The notes under the pieces were generated by a model. It was not told the origin of the DNA. It ran no database searches and saw nothing but the letters and a program-made list of their open reading frames with translations. The translations under genes and the position numbers were made by a program. This document shows positions 37,364 through 49,719 of a DNA stretch of 64,000 nt, piece after piece; within the stretch, counting starts at the first letter, position 1, and each line of letters opens with the position of its first letter. The DNA is from a bacterium (GTDB lineage: Bacteria > Zhuqueibacterota > Zhuqueibacteria > Residuimicrobiales > Krinioviventaceae), in contig CAXXFV010000006.1 of assembly GCA_963674595.2 (NCBI GenBank), positions 160,001-224,000 of the forward strand, written 5' to 3'.

Positions 37364-39585
37364 TAATGACGTCTTTTTTACGATGATTTGGTGTTACAAT
37401 CAAGTTTTCAACCTGACCATTAATAAATGAACCCTGTATTATGGTTTGTTCCGGGGCATGCAGTTTAAATTCCACGTTCCAGTCTTTGGGCCATGCCGGA
37501 AATAATAATATCTTGCCATCATCTGTCTGCAAAATCATCCTCTGCAATGCAATCATACTAACCGAACCGTGATCCTGGTCCGGTGTCCAGTCATAATTCG
37601 GACCCCAAAAAGCAGGAAACCTGTACCTGTCATCCTTTGTTGTAAAATTTTTTACAACCATAGATTCTGCTTCTGATACCAAGCCCAGTAGGGCCGCTTG
37701 TATCGGCGTCTGGTACCATCCACCGGTGCCTCTATGAATTCGATGCTCAAATGTTTTGCGTGCATAATCTAAATCAGGTTTTTCTGCTCCATATAAACGA
37801 TAGGGGAAAATTGTATATAATTCCGGATTTTCCTGATTATGTTTTGGTCCGGGTATTTCAGCAAATCCTATAACGGTTTCACCATTTACGATCCGCTGCG
37901 GTATCTCCGGCAACTGTTTTTCAAGCTTTTGACACAGTTTTTTAAAATTTTTATCAATCGTTTTGAGTTTGTACAATTTTGGTAAAATAAACCCGAGTCC
38001 GGCTATTTCCGGAGTCGGATTAACGGAATCCCAATAGGTTTCCAATGACTGTCCCGGCCAGATTTTTAACTTGCCGTTTTCATCGCGTTGATAATGCTGG
38101 TCATAAAAAGTGATAATTTCGTTGGCAACCGGTAACAGATATGTTTTTAAAAACTCTTTATTGGCTGTCATATCATAATAATCGAGCATAAGCGTGACAA
38201 GCTCAATACCATCCTGCCAGTAGTAGCGAATGTATTGATTAAGCGTCGTTCCAAGCGGCAAATTTTCTCTTTCCCAGCCGTAATTGGAATCCGTATAGGT
38301 CCCCCCAAAAGTACATGGTTTCCGGGTAGATGGCCCCGTCATGCTGGTAATAAGTTTTAACCCTGTTTTTTGCAAGAGGAAGCGTATTCAGAAACATATC
38401 AAAAAGCGGTTTCATCAGTGAAAAATCACCGCTGTATAACATGGACCAATAGGGGAGACGTGTGTTTTGCCACCAGTAGGGACCGCCCCAGCGACGGAAA
38501 TCGGCATCATAATGCACACCGTTAAAATAAGTGTCGACTGTAAAAATCGTACCGTTGAATTTAATCGGAGAGTTTCCGCGTCCGGCACAGGCATTAATAA
38601 ACCGCTGCAGCAAATAGCCCTGGGTGATTGTTTTAGATTCTTTAAATCCGTCCAAAAATATCCAGCTTTTGTCCCAGAAATTTTTCCAATATGAATAATG
38701 TTGTTCCTTTGTATCCGTTTCATTTAACTGTTTGGCATTATTTACAGCCGTTTCCAGTTTATTATTCCATTCGGTCAGCGTTTCGGTTTGTGATGTCAGG
38801 GCAACTATTTTTAAACAATGTTTTTTACCCAAAGTGGACAAAAGGGTGGAGGCATCTTGTTTTAGAAAATTTTCTCCAAACATGCGGCAGCCGAATGTTC
38901 TGTTCATTAACGGATCAGTGCCTTTGTTCACCCAGTTGTCCAGTCCCTGTAATTCAAGGTTTGCCTGCCAGATCGATCTGGAATTGCGATGACACCAGCC
39001 CAGTTCGTCTTTTTGCAGGTCTAAAAGAGTATCCGGTTCAACAAAAATGGCGTTGGGTCCATTATTTAAACCATAGGCCGAATGTGCTTCATCACCCTTG
39101 ATCTCACGGGGAAAAGTTCTCCATAATTCCACACTGGCTTTAACCTGAACATCTTTGGCCGCATCGGATTCAACATATATAACAGGATGATTGGCATCAA
39201 CCCGAATGGTTATACGGGCGGCGTTTTCCTTTTCACCGAGTTGTATGGTCATTTCACCTTTTGAAACATCGAGCGTTTGCGAAAATTTTGGATCAGAATA
39301 AAAAGGATTGGGCATAATCTGTATACGGACCCGGCCCAGTTTTAACAAACGTGCATTTTCGCTCCAGGCATCGGTTTTTGAAATATAGAATAAAATGTCA
39401 TCATTTTCAGCGACCCAAACATTCAAGCCGATGTCGCCGTTTCCCAGCGGCATCGAATTTAAAGCCGTATTACCAGGAGTGTCCCACGTTACTTGATATT
39501 CTTGTAAAGCTTTGGTTGCATCAAATGCATAAAGTGTTACATGAGGTAAAATAACAATAAATAGGATATAAATGAATTTTCGCAT
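37332..39585 (-). CDS. DUF5703/GH95-like secreted glycoside hydrolase (frameshift at ~38301-38306)
   Basis: Signal peptide MRKFIYILF with GAGGAG RBS; SMPLGNGDIG, KFNG, WWQNTRLPYW, NQENPELY..FPY, PDQDHG and LFPAWP motifs. One extra C in the C6 run splits MYFWG/TYTDSNYGW. Confidence 0.8.
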
Positions 39586-39607
39586 TTTTTTGCTCCTCAT
39601 AATAGTT

Positions 39608-40705
39608 TTATGGATCTGCATGTCCGGTTTTGTAGAGGTGATCTTTAATTTGACAGGCTCTATCATAATTCCCGGACTGGATTATTATTCTGGAAAATCC
39701 GGTTTTAATCATTTCCTGATGTTTTTTATCAACAGGGACCGTCCACTGGACGATGGGAATTTTACTTTCCCTGCATTTTTCATACATATCATCCAACTGG
39801 TAAAATTCTCCCTGATAGGGATTAATGCCTTTTAAATTCTCCAGTGTTAATAACTCGGGATACCATTGGTGGGCCTTGCCGCAAAAGTGTATCCAACCCT
39901 GCCAATTGTTCAGCAGCATTTCATCAAAAGGTTTGATGAGAGTTTTATATTGTTCTCCACTTAGATTAACGGTAGAGTCGTTTCGTATACATAATCCGCC
40001 CAGATAATTCCATGCGCCATCATGTTCGGAAATATCTTTGCCGTCTATTGTGCGGTGCTTTTTGACAATATCAATAATCGTATTACATATAATCGTCATC
40101 AAATCTTTCAACTTTTCCGGCTCATCAAGTACGGCCAGATAGATGCTGGACCCCCAGATAATACTTGCGTTATCAAAAGGTCCCTGAATGTCCAGGCATT
40201 GTGAACCGACAACCTGATTGAGTTTTTCATAGGGAGCCAATGTTTCTCTGTACCAGGCAACCGTTTCCAACGATTTTTGCACCAGTCCGGATGAAATATC
40301 TACCGTACCTTTTTTTAAAATGGAGTCGATTTCTGACTGTGATATTTCCTTGGAAATGGGCAGCTCTGTTTCAAAAACATGGACCGGGCATCTGAACGCC
40401 GATGCTATAATACCGGTACCATAATTGGCACGAATACCATAAAGTCTGTCGTCCTGAAGTTTGGCCCCCATATAAACCTGCTTTAATTCATTTAATAATA
40501 ATTTTTCGCGGTTATAAAAGATTTCATTAAAGTTAAAGCACGGCCATTCATCTTCCGGTATGTTATAATTTATTACTGTTGGAATGTGATCGATTTCCTT
40601 GAACTGAAAAGCATTCTGTTGCAATGAACGTGTTTTTTCAACATGTTCCAGGTCGATCATCTTTTCGAGTTTTTCGAGATAGGGATGTACATTTATAGCT
40701 GTCAT
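39608..40705 (-). CDS. URO-D/MtaA-like TIM-barrel protein #1
   Basis: RANYGTG, DIQGPFD.A..IWG, D...LS.E.Y and IHFCG (HxC) motifs. Confidence 0.72.
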   Translation of the reverse strand: MTAINVHPYLEKLEKMIDLEHVEKTRSLQQNAFQFKEIDHIPTVINYNIPEDEWPCFNFNEIFYNREKLLLNELKQVYMGAKLQDDRLYGIRANYGTGIIASAFRCPVHVFETELPISKEISQSEIDSILKKGTVDISSGLVQKSLETVAWYRETLAPYEKLNQVVGSQCLDIQGPFDNASIIWGSSIYLAVLDEPEKLKDLMTIICNTIIDIVKKHRTIDGKDISEHDGAWNYLGGLCIRNDSTVNLSGEQYKTLIKPFDEMLLNNWQGWIHFCGKAHQWYPELLTLENLKGINPYQGEFYQLDDMYEKCRESKIPIVQWTVPVDKKHQEMIKTGFSRIIIQSGNYDRACQIKDHLYKTGHADP

Positions 40706-43700
40706 TATCGTTCCATTAATAAACGTTTTGCAAAGATGGAAGCAATTGGATTATCATTCGTTCTGCCGGACAATTCGACCTGGCATATTCGCCACATTCC
40801 TTTTTCATCTGTTTTTTCGGCCGCAGCAAAGACCGGTTTCCATCCGGCGGTCCAGTCTCCGTTACCGCTTTTTAAAATTGCTTGCCAGTTTTTCGTATCA
40901 AACGTTGTATGTAATATGGGAGAAGGGCAATCTGTTTTAGGATCATACCAGAACCAAAAGTCATCCGGATCAAAATCTGCTACCAAATGGTGCCCCGTAT
41001 CTCTTGATACAAAATGGCGGTCACCCATGCCGCACACAGAAACCGTAATTTCAGAATCGGCAATTTTATATTCACCGGGGTCGAGTTCCAGAAAGACGGC
41101 TAGTGCCCCGCGACGAACAGCTTTTTCTATTTCTTCTTTTTGTTTATGAAACGTTTGAAAATTATCTATTAATATGATCAAACTTTCTTTGGGTAATTGC
41201 ACCTTGTTCCTGGACAAACCAAGATCATCAAGCAAACGCCAGGCTTTGTCCTTTGATGAAGAACTTGTTATATAAATCGGCAGATTGGATGTGGTCGTGT
41301 CCTGCGGGAGAATATCAACTGTGATATCACCGGTATTGAAACATTTTTCAGAGGAGACCAGACGGGTTGTTATGTACAGTTTTTCACGATCTGAGCAGGC
41401 CGGTGCTTTAAATTTTATATATCCGCAAAACTGACTGCTGTTCACAGGAATTTTTACCTTTTCATTACCGCTGTAAATAACGCTGCCGTTTTTATTTGAT
41501 ATGGAATAGGATAAAAGAACATCTTTTAAAGATTCATTCGTATCGTTGCAGACCCACGTTTCAATTTGGATTTCATCATTTTCAAAATATATCCATTTAT
41601 CGGTGCGCAAACTTGTCATAACCGGTGATAAGGCATTTCGGTAGGTAAAGTAAGCCGGTTTGGGCTGTCGCTCCACATCCATGATTGTTTTCATCCAACC
41701 GGATGGAAAGGCATCGATGAACAAATGAATGGCAAATGAAACCATTCTGCTGTCCCGGCGAAAAGCTTCGGTTACAAGGCGTGTAATACGCACCTGGTGT
41801 TTTTGAGAGGCATGAATCCAGTTTTGTAATGAATACTGGGAATCATACCACATGTAATGAAACCGGCCCGATTGAGCGTTGACAATGCTGTTTGGGGACC
41901 AGTTTTTTTCTTCTGATTCGGATTGCGGAAGCCACTCTTTTGGATAGTATTTGCGCATAACACTTTCGGACTCTAATCCCTCAGAACCGAATTCTCCACA
42001 GGCATAATACCACCCCTTTTTAACAGGCTGCCAGTAACCTTTGTGCAGTTTTCCCAGGTCAAGACCATGACCGTTGTACCAGCCGTTGTAACAATGATTG
42101 TCCGGCAAGCCCGGTCCGGGCGGATCGTAATCCCCGTCAACAGCCTTGATGACACGGTCCGGATTGTTTAGTTTAACAACCAAATCGGCTGCCTCAAAAA
42201 AGTTTTCCAGTTCCTTGCGTAAAAGGTGCCGGTGCGGCTTGTCCATAGCATTGGGAAAGGGCTCATTTATATACGACATTAATACATTACAGGGATGATT
42301 TCGGACCAGTTTTTCCATTTCTTCGGTTTGACGAACAGCTTCGCAAAACTGGTTTTTCCTTAACACGCCGAATAACGGCAAATCCGTTTGCACCATTAAA
42401 CCCAAACGATCACAATATTCGTAAATTTCCGGTTGAACCGGACGTTGTGTCAACCGCAGAAAATTCATATTACAAATTTTTGCCAAGAGAATATCATCGA
42501 TTAATTGAGACCAGTCTTTTTTAATAACACACTGCTGTAAATGACCCATCGTGTTGGCGCCACGTAGCCGAACGGCTTGTTTATTCAGATAAAACATACC
42601 TTTTGGTTCAGACTCTGTATCCTGAGTAAAAGAGCGGATGCCGAACTGCTTTGCAAATGTATCTATTTTCTGTTGATGGTTGTCCAGCAAACTGATATGC
42701 ATCTGATATAGCCAGGGTTCCGTGAGACTCCAGATTTTCGGATTATCGACGGCAACTGTGAATTTATAAGTATTTACTCCCGGTCCAGCCGGCAGGGGTA
42801 TGTTTTTGTCGTCTCTTTTGGCCACATCTCCCAGTCCCGGCACATGGATGCTGGACGGAACAATGTGATTGTCCTGACAAATACATGTTTTAAAATTTTG
42901 TCCGTAAATAGACAGATTGAATTCTATTTCGCGCGGCTGTATATCGCAGTGAAAGATATCGAGCCAGATTTCAATCTGCTTAGCGTCCATCATCGGGCGT
43001 ACAAAAATATCTTTAATAAAAATTCGCGGCCGGGTTTCCAGAAAAACATCCTGATAGATGCCCATTCCCGGAGGACAGTGGTGCCAGCCAACCTGCGGAT
43101 CATCATAACCGCATCCTGTTGCTGCGTATATTTTATCGCCTTCAAACCGTTCTTCGCTTTCCTGGGTACGGCTTCCCATGCAGATGAAATCATTTTCAAC
43201 TTTTATGAGCAGCGAGTTGGCGCCTTTATTAACATAATCGGTAATTTCAAATTCAAAAGGGGCAAAAAATCCTTCATGGGACCCGATAAAGGAACCGTTT
43301 ATAAAGATATGCGCCTTGTAATCCACACCTTTAAAACAGATGAAAAGAGACTGATCTTTTACCGGTTTTTCCTGAACTTGAAACTCTGTTTTATACCACG
43401 TGGCTGCTTTGCCAAGGGGCGGGCCATAATGAGGAATAGTCACTTTTTCCCAGTTACCTTTTCCTTGCAGGATATTGAGAAAATTGTTTTTATCGGTATC
43501 TGTTTCTATTTTCCAGTCAAATTCCTCAAGATTTTTACGGCTTCGCAAGGACTTGTATTCGGGGGCTAGATTTTGTAAAAACGGCTCATATTGTTTTCGA
43601 AATTTTTCCAGTTCCTGTTGTAATTCCTCTGCCGAATCCATTTGTTTCGGGATTTCCTGTTGGACGCATTTATCTCCAGTGGTTAAAGGTAATATTTTAT

Positions 43701-43806
43701 CCGGCAGTTCAGGTGGTTCGGGTGTATGCAGTTCTTTATTTCGCAGTTGTAAACGTTGAGTTGCAATACCGGCAAAAATATCCGGTTGTTTATTTTTATT
43801 AGTCAT
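40705..43806 (-). CDS. Glycoside hydrolase family 2 (no signal peptide)
   Basis: FKGVDY...HEGFFAPFEF, FGIR, LRGAN, YCDRLGLMV, acid/base NEP and nucleophile GEFG motifs. Confidence 0.87.
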   Translation of the reverse strand: MTNKNKQPDIFAGIATQRLQLRNKELHTPEPPELPDKILPLTTGDKCVQQEIPKQMDSAEELQQELEKFRKQYEPFLQNLAPEYKSLRSRKNLEEFDWKIETDTDKNNFLNILQGKGNWEKVTIPHYGPPLGKAATWYKTEFQVQEKPVKDQSLFICFKGVDYKAHIFINGSFIGSHEGFFAPFEFEITDYVNKGANSLLIKVENDFICMGSRTQESEERFEGDKIYAATGCGYDDPQVGWHHCPPGMGIYQDVFLETRPRIFIKDIFVRPMMDAKQIEIWLDIFHCDIQPREIEFNLSIYGQNFKTCICQDNHIVPSSIHVPGLGDVAKRDDKNIPLPAGPGVNTYKFTVAVDNPKIWSLTEPWLYQMHISLLDNHQQKIDTFAKQFGIRSFTQDTESEPKGMFYLNKQAVRLRGANTMGHLQQCVIKKDWSQLIDDILLAKICNMNFLRLTQRPVQPEIYEYCDRLGLMVQTDLPLFGVLRKNQFCEAVRQTEEMEKLVRNHPCNVLMSYINEPFPNAMDKPHRHLLRKELENFFEAADLVVKLNNPDRVIKAVDGDYDPPGPGLPDNHCYNGWYNGHGLDLGKLHKGYWQPVKKGWYYACGEFGSEGLESESVMRKYYPKEWLPQSESEEKNWSPNSIVNAQSGRFHYMWYDSQYSLQNWIHASQKHQVRITRLVTEAFRRDSRMVSFAIHLFIDAFPSGWMKTIMDVERQPKPAYFTYRNALSPVMTSLRTDKWIYFENDEIQIETWVCNDTNESLKDVLLSYSISNKNGSVIYSGNEKVKIPVNSSQFCGYIKFKAPACSDREKLYITTRLVSSEKCFNTGDITVDILPQDTTTSNLPIYITSSSSKDKAWRLLDDLGLSRNKVQLPKESLIILIDNFQTFHKQKEEIEKAVRRGALAVFLELDPGEYKIADSEITVSVCGMGDRHFVSRDTGHHLVADFDPDDFWFWYDPKTDCPSPILHTTFDTKNWQAILKSGNGDWTAGWKPVFAAAEKTDEKGMWRICQVELSGRTNDNPIASIFAKRLLMER

Positions 43807-43809
43807 GAT

Positions 43810-45992
43810 TTAATTTCCCAAAGTCGCAATTACATAAACCAGGAACAGGATAAATATGCCGCCAATGGTAAAAACGATAATTCCTTTTATATCTGTTTTA
43901 TCCAGTTTTTCAAATTCCCAGTTTGAATTTTTAAACATTTTCAGATGATCAAACCTTTGCGGGTTTTTATAGGAAAGTTCAAGTTCTTTTGCATCGATCT
44001 GTTTATCTGCTTGAACAGGTGTTTTCATTTTAACAAAAAACCGGTCCAGTTGTTTTTTATCATCCGGTTTTGATAAAAGGGAAACGATAATAATGACAAG
44101 AAAGGGGAGAAAGGTGCGGATTAAGGCACGAATGGTTTCATTCATGGCATAGGGATTTTTTGACAAATCAAACCCGGCAAAATCAACAAGCACCAATTCA
44201 AGGCTGAGCATGCCTGAGCCGCGAACTGTTCCATTTTCATCCGTTTTTAATCCCTGGTTCCAAAAGATGGACTTTTGCGGCGTGTTATAGGTTTTACTAA
44301 ATTTTTGTCCTGCTTGCAGTTTTTCAGGCTTTTCTCCGTTTGTAATGCCTGCCTGATTCAACGTTTCCCATTTTTCAATGGCTTTGTTACGTTCTTCAAC
44401 ATCAATATCTCTGGCGGTATAGGTCCTGTTAACCGTAATTGGCCGGACGGTTTTGCACAGATATTTATTGGTCTTAACTCCCGGAATAAGCGGGAGCGCA
44501 ACCTGCAAAACAACAAAGAACACGATGGCACTAACCATGGAAACCCAGGCACCTTTTTTATTGGCACGCCTCCATTTTAAACCCATCCAAAAGCTTGCCG
44601 CCATAACAATGTTGAATTCCCATATCATTTTTAACATTTGAAAAACATTGTCAAACTGACTTGCAATGAGCACACCCCCGATAACGACAAACAAACCGAT
44701 GATACGACCGGCGTATATATAAGTTTTTTCACCATAGCTTGGAAAAAACGGACGAAAAAAGTTGTGCGTCAACAGACTGGAAGAGGTGATCATCATCATA
44801 TCTGCTGTAGACATGAGTGCCGCCATTAAACAGGCGATCATTAAACCGACTAGTCCCATACCTACTGAACCTAACAAGTCCCGGCAAGCATAACCCCATA
44901 GATAATCCGGATTTTTTACAACGCTGCCATATAATATCACAAGCAGGAAAGCGCTGACACCCCACAAAAGTGTGGTGGCTCGTTTTATAAAAATACCGGT
45001 CGTAAATCCGAATCGGGCCGTATATTCATCTTTGGCCGAACCGCATGCCGTCAACTGGTTTGCCTGGATGGCAACATTAATTTGACTCATTACCATAATT
45101 GTAATCATATAATACCATGTAAAATCAACCAGTGCCGGTGAGCCCCAAATTTCAAAGGCTGTTTCAGGTAACCTGGAATGGGCCGTTGCGACGATACCTG
45201 CCAATCCCTGACCGCCATAAACACTGTTGATTTTGAATATGGCAAAAGGAAAAAGGAGGAGGGACAGGATGAGGATAAAAATTCCCTGAATCGTATCGGT
45301 TAGGAAGGCCGCTTCGAGTCCTCCCAAGGCGGCATAGCAAATTACAATTAAAGCAACGATCCACATCAACAAATTTTCGTTAATGTATGAAAATTCTTTT
45401 TGTGGATTTTGTATTCTTAGATATTCCAGTCGTTCAAGCTGTTCTGAATTTAGCAACCGGCTGTCAGCTTGTTCCAGTTTTTCCAGTTCAATTGCTTTAT
45501 TGTATTCTTCCCGTTCAGTAACCGTTAGTTGCTCGACCGGTTTTGCGGTGATACCGGTAATGGTTTTAGTCATAGCTGTAAAACCCAGACCGACAACAAT
45601 CATAAAAAATATTGTGCTGATAATAGCGTATAATCCGGCAAGACCTTTGGAATTAAACCGCTCTTCAAAAAAATCACCAAGAGTTAATAACCGCATTCGC
45701 CGATACCAGATTGAAGTGATCCAGTAAATCGGCAGTCCGAACACACTTGTCAGATTTTGCCAGATTCCGGCAATACCGTTACGGGCTACCAGAACGGACA
45801 TGCCCACAGCGCTCTCTGCTGATGTCCCTTGTCCGAATGCAGCAAAAGTTTGCACAAATTTCCAAAACGTCTGCCGCCAAGAAAATAGTCTTCCTGGTTT
45901 TTGATACGACGGGAGGCCCATATACCTATTATTAGAACAACTGCAAAATATAAAATAATCGTAATAACATCTACAAATGGCAAACCAAACAT
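43810..45992 (-). CDS. Sodium:solute symporter family transporter (frameshift at ~45859)
   Basis: EDYFLGGRRFG, LGGLEAAFLTDTIQG, AALMST and WRRAN motifs; one missing base splits RRFG/KFVQTF. Confidence 0.88.
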
Positions 45993-45995
45993 AAT

Positions 45996-47541
45996 TTACT
46001 CACATTTTTCTATTTCAATTCCGCCTATTAACGTTCTTGCTTTAACGAGTGCATTGGCACGTTTTTCATATTCATCCGGATGCAGCGTTTTGCTATTCCT
46101 TGCTTTTAAAGAATCCATATTTTGTGCGTCCAAAATAAGGCTTTTAGCTTTCAAGGCCTTTTCTTTTAAATTTTCATCCGTACCCCCGGCAATTATTTCA
46201 CATTTTTCCAAAACCAGCGTCTGCTGGGGGCCTAAAATCGTCTGAATCGTTTTTTCAGGATCTGTTTCCAGACGTGAATAATCAACACCCTGCACCAGTT
46301 GTTCGGCTTTTAACAGGTTATCGTAACAATAACGATAATTAAAAGGATGAATGATATGTGGTGATTCCGGCAACGTCGGCGGCCATTGTCCGTCGGAATT
46401 GTAGGAATTGGTCAGATGGTACCAGGCGTTTACTAACGACGGTTTGTCTAAAGAGTCCGCCAAATCGGATAATTTTTCACGAACAAGGTCCTGCCAGGGA
46501 CGTAATAATTGCGCCATCGGCGTACCCGCCCAGGTTGATGCTTTGGCGCCGTGCCATGCTGAATCATCATCAAAGGTAATCACTTCTTGCAGGGCAGGAA
46601 GTTCATTACATGCATAATCAAAAGTTGTAAAGGAGCCGATTTCATTACATCCGGAAATGAGATCGATTAGCTTTTGTCTGGAATCCGGGGTTTCCTCAAA
46701 AACATTATCCGGTTTGTTTTGATATTTCAGGCGGAACCAGCCGTTTGTACCGATATATTCCGCATCATCCGCAAAAATGACTAATGCCGCTTCGGGTTCA
46801 TCCGGATTCTGCTGAGAATATTTTTTGATTATATTCATATATTCTTCAAGAGAATAGCCTTCCATTCCCATAAAGTAACGAACGCCATACTGGGCAATAC
46901 GGTCGGTCCTTAAAAACATTTTCAGGTTATTGCCTTCACATCCTTTAATTTTTAAAAATGGAAAGTGAATTGATTTTTCCGTACCCGGTAAATCGTATTT
47001 GAAACCAAAGTTATAAAACGCCGGTTCTTTACTATACTCTTTTTCATATATTTCCGGGCGTAGCGGATGACCGTTTTCGTCGCAGGAACGGCTGTATGCT
47101 TCAAAATCACCGATCATATTTTTATAACCGCAGGCGCTGACCTGCTGCGGGACATAACTTCTCCAGCCGCATTCCGGGTTCCAAAAACTCTTGGGAATGA
47201 TACCAAGATAATCTTCATACACTTTATTTGAAAATTGAATGGACCACATCCCGTCTTCTTTGGGAAAGTTCGGCAGCATAGGATGGGCATAGGGTGAACC
47301 CATAAATTCACATTGACCGCGTTTAATAGCATCTTTTAGTTTTTCCAAAACATCCGGTGTTTTTTTCGGCCATCTGTTCAATTGTATAACCGGATGCTTC
47401 AAAAACATAGGGTGTACCCGGAAAATAGTCGCGCATCACATCAATCGTCATTTCATAGGCTTTACGTATAACAAATTCATATTTATCCGGGGTTAAATAG
47501 GCATAATTCAGGTTTGCATGAAAAATGGAAATGTACTTCAT
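45996..47541 (-). CDS. GH57-like glycoside hydrolase (frameshift at ~47360-47366)
   Basis: FHANLNYA, E...SPYAHP, nucleophile WNPE, acid/base DDAE, SAW and SDG.WP motifs; one extra base in the T7 run. Confidence 0.78.
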
Positions 47542-47560
47542 ATAAATCCTTTCCTGGGTA

Positions 47561-48610
47561 TTAAAAAAAATGATAATATTTTTCAGATAACATGTTCATT
47601 TCATCATGAGAAATATTAGGGCAAATTATCAGCAAGCCTTTGGGACCGACGTTTTTTATCAAATCATCAATCTCAGACGGTTGGGCATAAACCTGTACAG
47701 ATTTCCCATGATCAATTATTTTTTGTAGCAGCCAATACCACTCGGACAGCCTTTCATGCCCGGCCCCGGGCTGCCATTGAACAGCTTTGATTGTCTCCAC
47801 CGATAATATCGAATCAAGATGGGCTATGGCTCCGATACCGTCCAAATGATAAAATGGATAATCAAGAACCGCTGCCAGGTCAATAATACGTGGCAGGCAA
47901 AACGTATCAAACATTTCAGGTGAGATCATGTATGAAAAATCTTCCTGCAAAGGAAAAGTCGTTCCCGTCGCCCAGATTCCGGCCCAGCCAATGCCGCCCT
48001 CATTATTTGCTGATTTTATTATTTTTTGGATTTCCTGAAAAGACTCAATCCAGATGTTTTTTAAATGGTCCATAGCAAGATGGACTTTTTCCGGTTGTGA
48101 AATCATATCGATCAGGAGGTTTTCAGTTCCGTAAAGATTTGCCAAAGTATCTCCCGGCGCTCCATGAGCAAAGGGGGCTACAAAATGATGATTATTGGAA
48201 CTGGCTGCTGACTGTGTTGTCAGATCAATTATTTTTTTATAAAAAAACGAATCTGTATTTAATTCAATATTCATTATTTGGTCGATTGAATCAAAGCAGG
48301 GATGTGCCCAAATTGTTTCCTTGTCAACATATTCAACTTTTGCCCCTAAAGCACAGGCCATGGCGCTGGCTCCGAAATCAATATAATGATAGGGGAGGGC
48401 CTGACCAAAATATGTTGTAGAATCCATGGTTTCAAGGACACGGTTCATGGTACTTTCCGTATCCATCCAAAAGGATTCCAGATCATCATCCTGCGAAGGA
48501 TCGGTTTGATTTTGTGTCCAAGCGATAATGTACGGATATTTTTGATCTTTATGGTCCCACCAGTCAGTAAGTTTTGGAGCAATATTTTTTATTCTTTTTT
48601 TTAAATCCAT
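47561..48610 (-). CDS. URO-D/MtaA-like protein #2 (HLDG/QW.PG subtype)
   Basis: GQALP..DFG, QEDFSYMISPEMF, YHLDG and VQWQPGAG motifs. Confidence 0.75.
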   Translation of the reverse strand: MDLKKRIKNIAPKLTDWWDHKDQKYPYIIAWTQNQTDPSQDDDLESFWMDTESTMNRVLETMDSTTYFGQALPYHYIDFGASAMACALGAKVEYVDKETIWAHPCFDSIDQIMNIELNTDSFFYKKIIDLTTQSAASSNNHHFVAPFAHGAPGDTLANLYGTENLLIDMISQPEKVHLAMDHLKNIWIESFQEIQKIIKSANNEGGIGWAGIWATGTTFPLQEDFSYMISPEMFDTFCLPRIIDLAAVLDYPFYHLDGIGAIAHLDSILSVETIKAVQWQPGAGHERLSEWYWLLQKIIDHGKSVQVYAQPSEIDDLIKNVGPKGLLIICPNISHDEMNMLSEKYYHFF

Positions 48611-48613
48611 AGA

Positions 48614-49712
48614 TCAAATAACCCGGTATTTTTTCAATAATTCAATCGCTTTTTTCATCTGTGAAATATCGGCATCGATCATATAAACAAGGTTGTTGAT
48701 ACTTCCGACCTGGTCCATGAGAATATCCGGTAGTTCAAATGGATCACCCTGATATTGACTGCTGAAAATTTGCGTGAGTTTCCCGGCTTTATTTATTTTT
48801 CGATAAATATCAGCCCAATTTGAAACGTCAGGAGCACCATCTCCAGGGACCCATTGTATCCCCTTTATATCTTTGCATGCAAGAAGAGAATCAAGATGGG
48901 GGAGTTGACCGGCCCCATCCAGATGATAAAAGGCATTATCCAGTCTTTTGGCTGTCTCTGATAGTTCCGGTAAAACAAACGTATCGAACATTTGCGGACT
49001 GATCATATAGCTGAAATCACATTGCAGCATATAAGAGGATTTTTCACTAAAAATGGGCGCCCATGATGAATAGCCCGGGTTAACACGAGAAAGAATTTGA
49101 TTAAATTGCTGGAAAAATTGCCACCACAAATGATGCGCCTGCCAGGTGAGTTTATTTACACGTTCGGAATGATCATATAAATTAAGTAGTAATTTTTCAG
49201 AAGGGAAAAAAAGTAGAAACGATATCCAGATTACCGCCCAGGTCTGTCATACCAAGTTGTACGGAACCTTCCCATCTTTTTATGGCCGCTTTGTAAATGT
49301 TTTCAATTCTTGAGAACCATTTGTTATAAGGATTTATTTTAAATTCAAAAGATTGAATATCCAGGTCTTTGTCAGGATGAAACCAAACCGTATTTTCTCC
49401 GTTTTCAAGCTTTGCGCCAAGAAATGCCGCAATAACACCTGGTCCAAAATTGGGCCAGACATGAGGGAATGCGTCACCTAAATGGATTGTGTGTTCCAGT
49501 TCATTGTGCCAGTTTTCAATAATCAATTCTTCAGGTATGGACAAATCATAAAATGAGGTAAACTCGTAAGAAGGACAATCAGGTTTTAATTTATCGATTG
49601 ACTTTTGGTCTTTTAAACGAATTTGTATTAACGGACGTTCAAGTTCACCCTGCCACCATAAATTCGAATCATTTTTAATTTTATTCCATTTTTCAGAGCT
49701 AAAAAATTTCAT
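48614..49712 (-). CDS. URO-D/MtaA-like protein #3 (HLDG/QW.PG subtype; frameshift at ~49206-49212)
   Basis: GDAFP..NFGPG, TDLGG, QCDFSYMISPQMF, YHLDG and IQWVPG motifs; one extra base in the A7 run. Confidence 0.75.
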
Positions 49713-49719
49713 GCTTTTT

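Noticed and set aside
42844-43569. 241-aa plus-strand ORF and the many other 60-140 aa alternative ORFs in the track
   Set aside because: They are antisense or out-of-frame shadows of well-supported genes and have no recognisable motifs.
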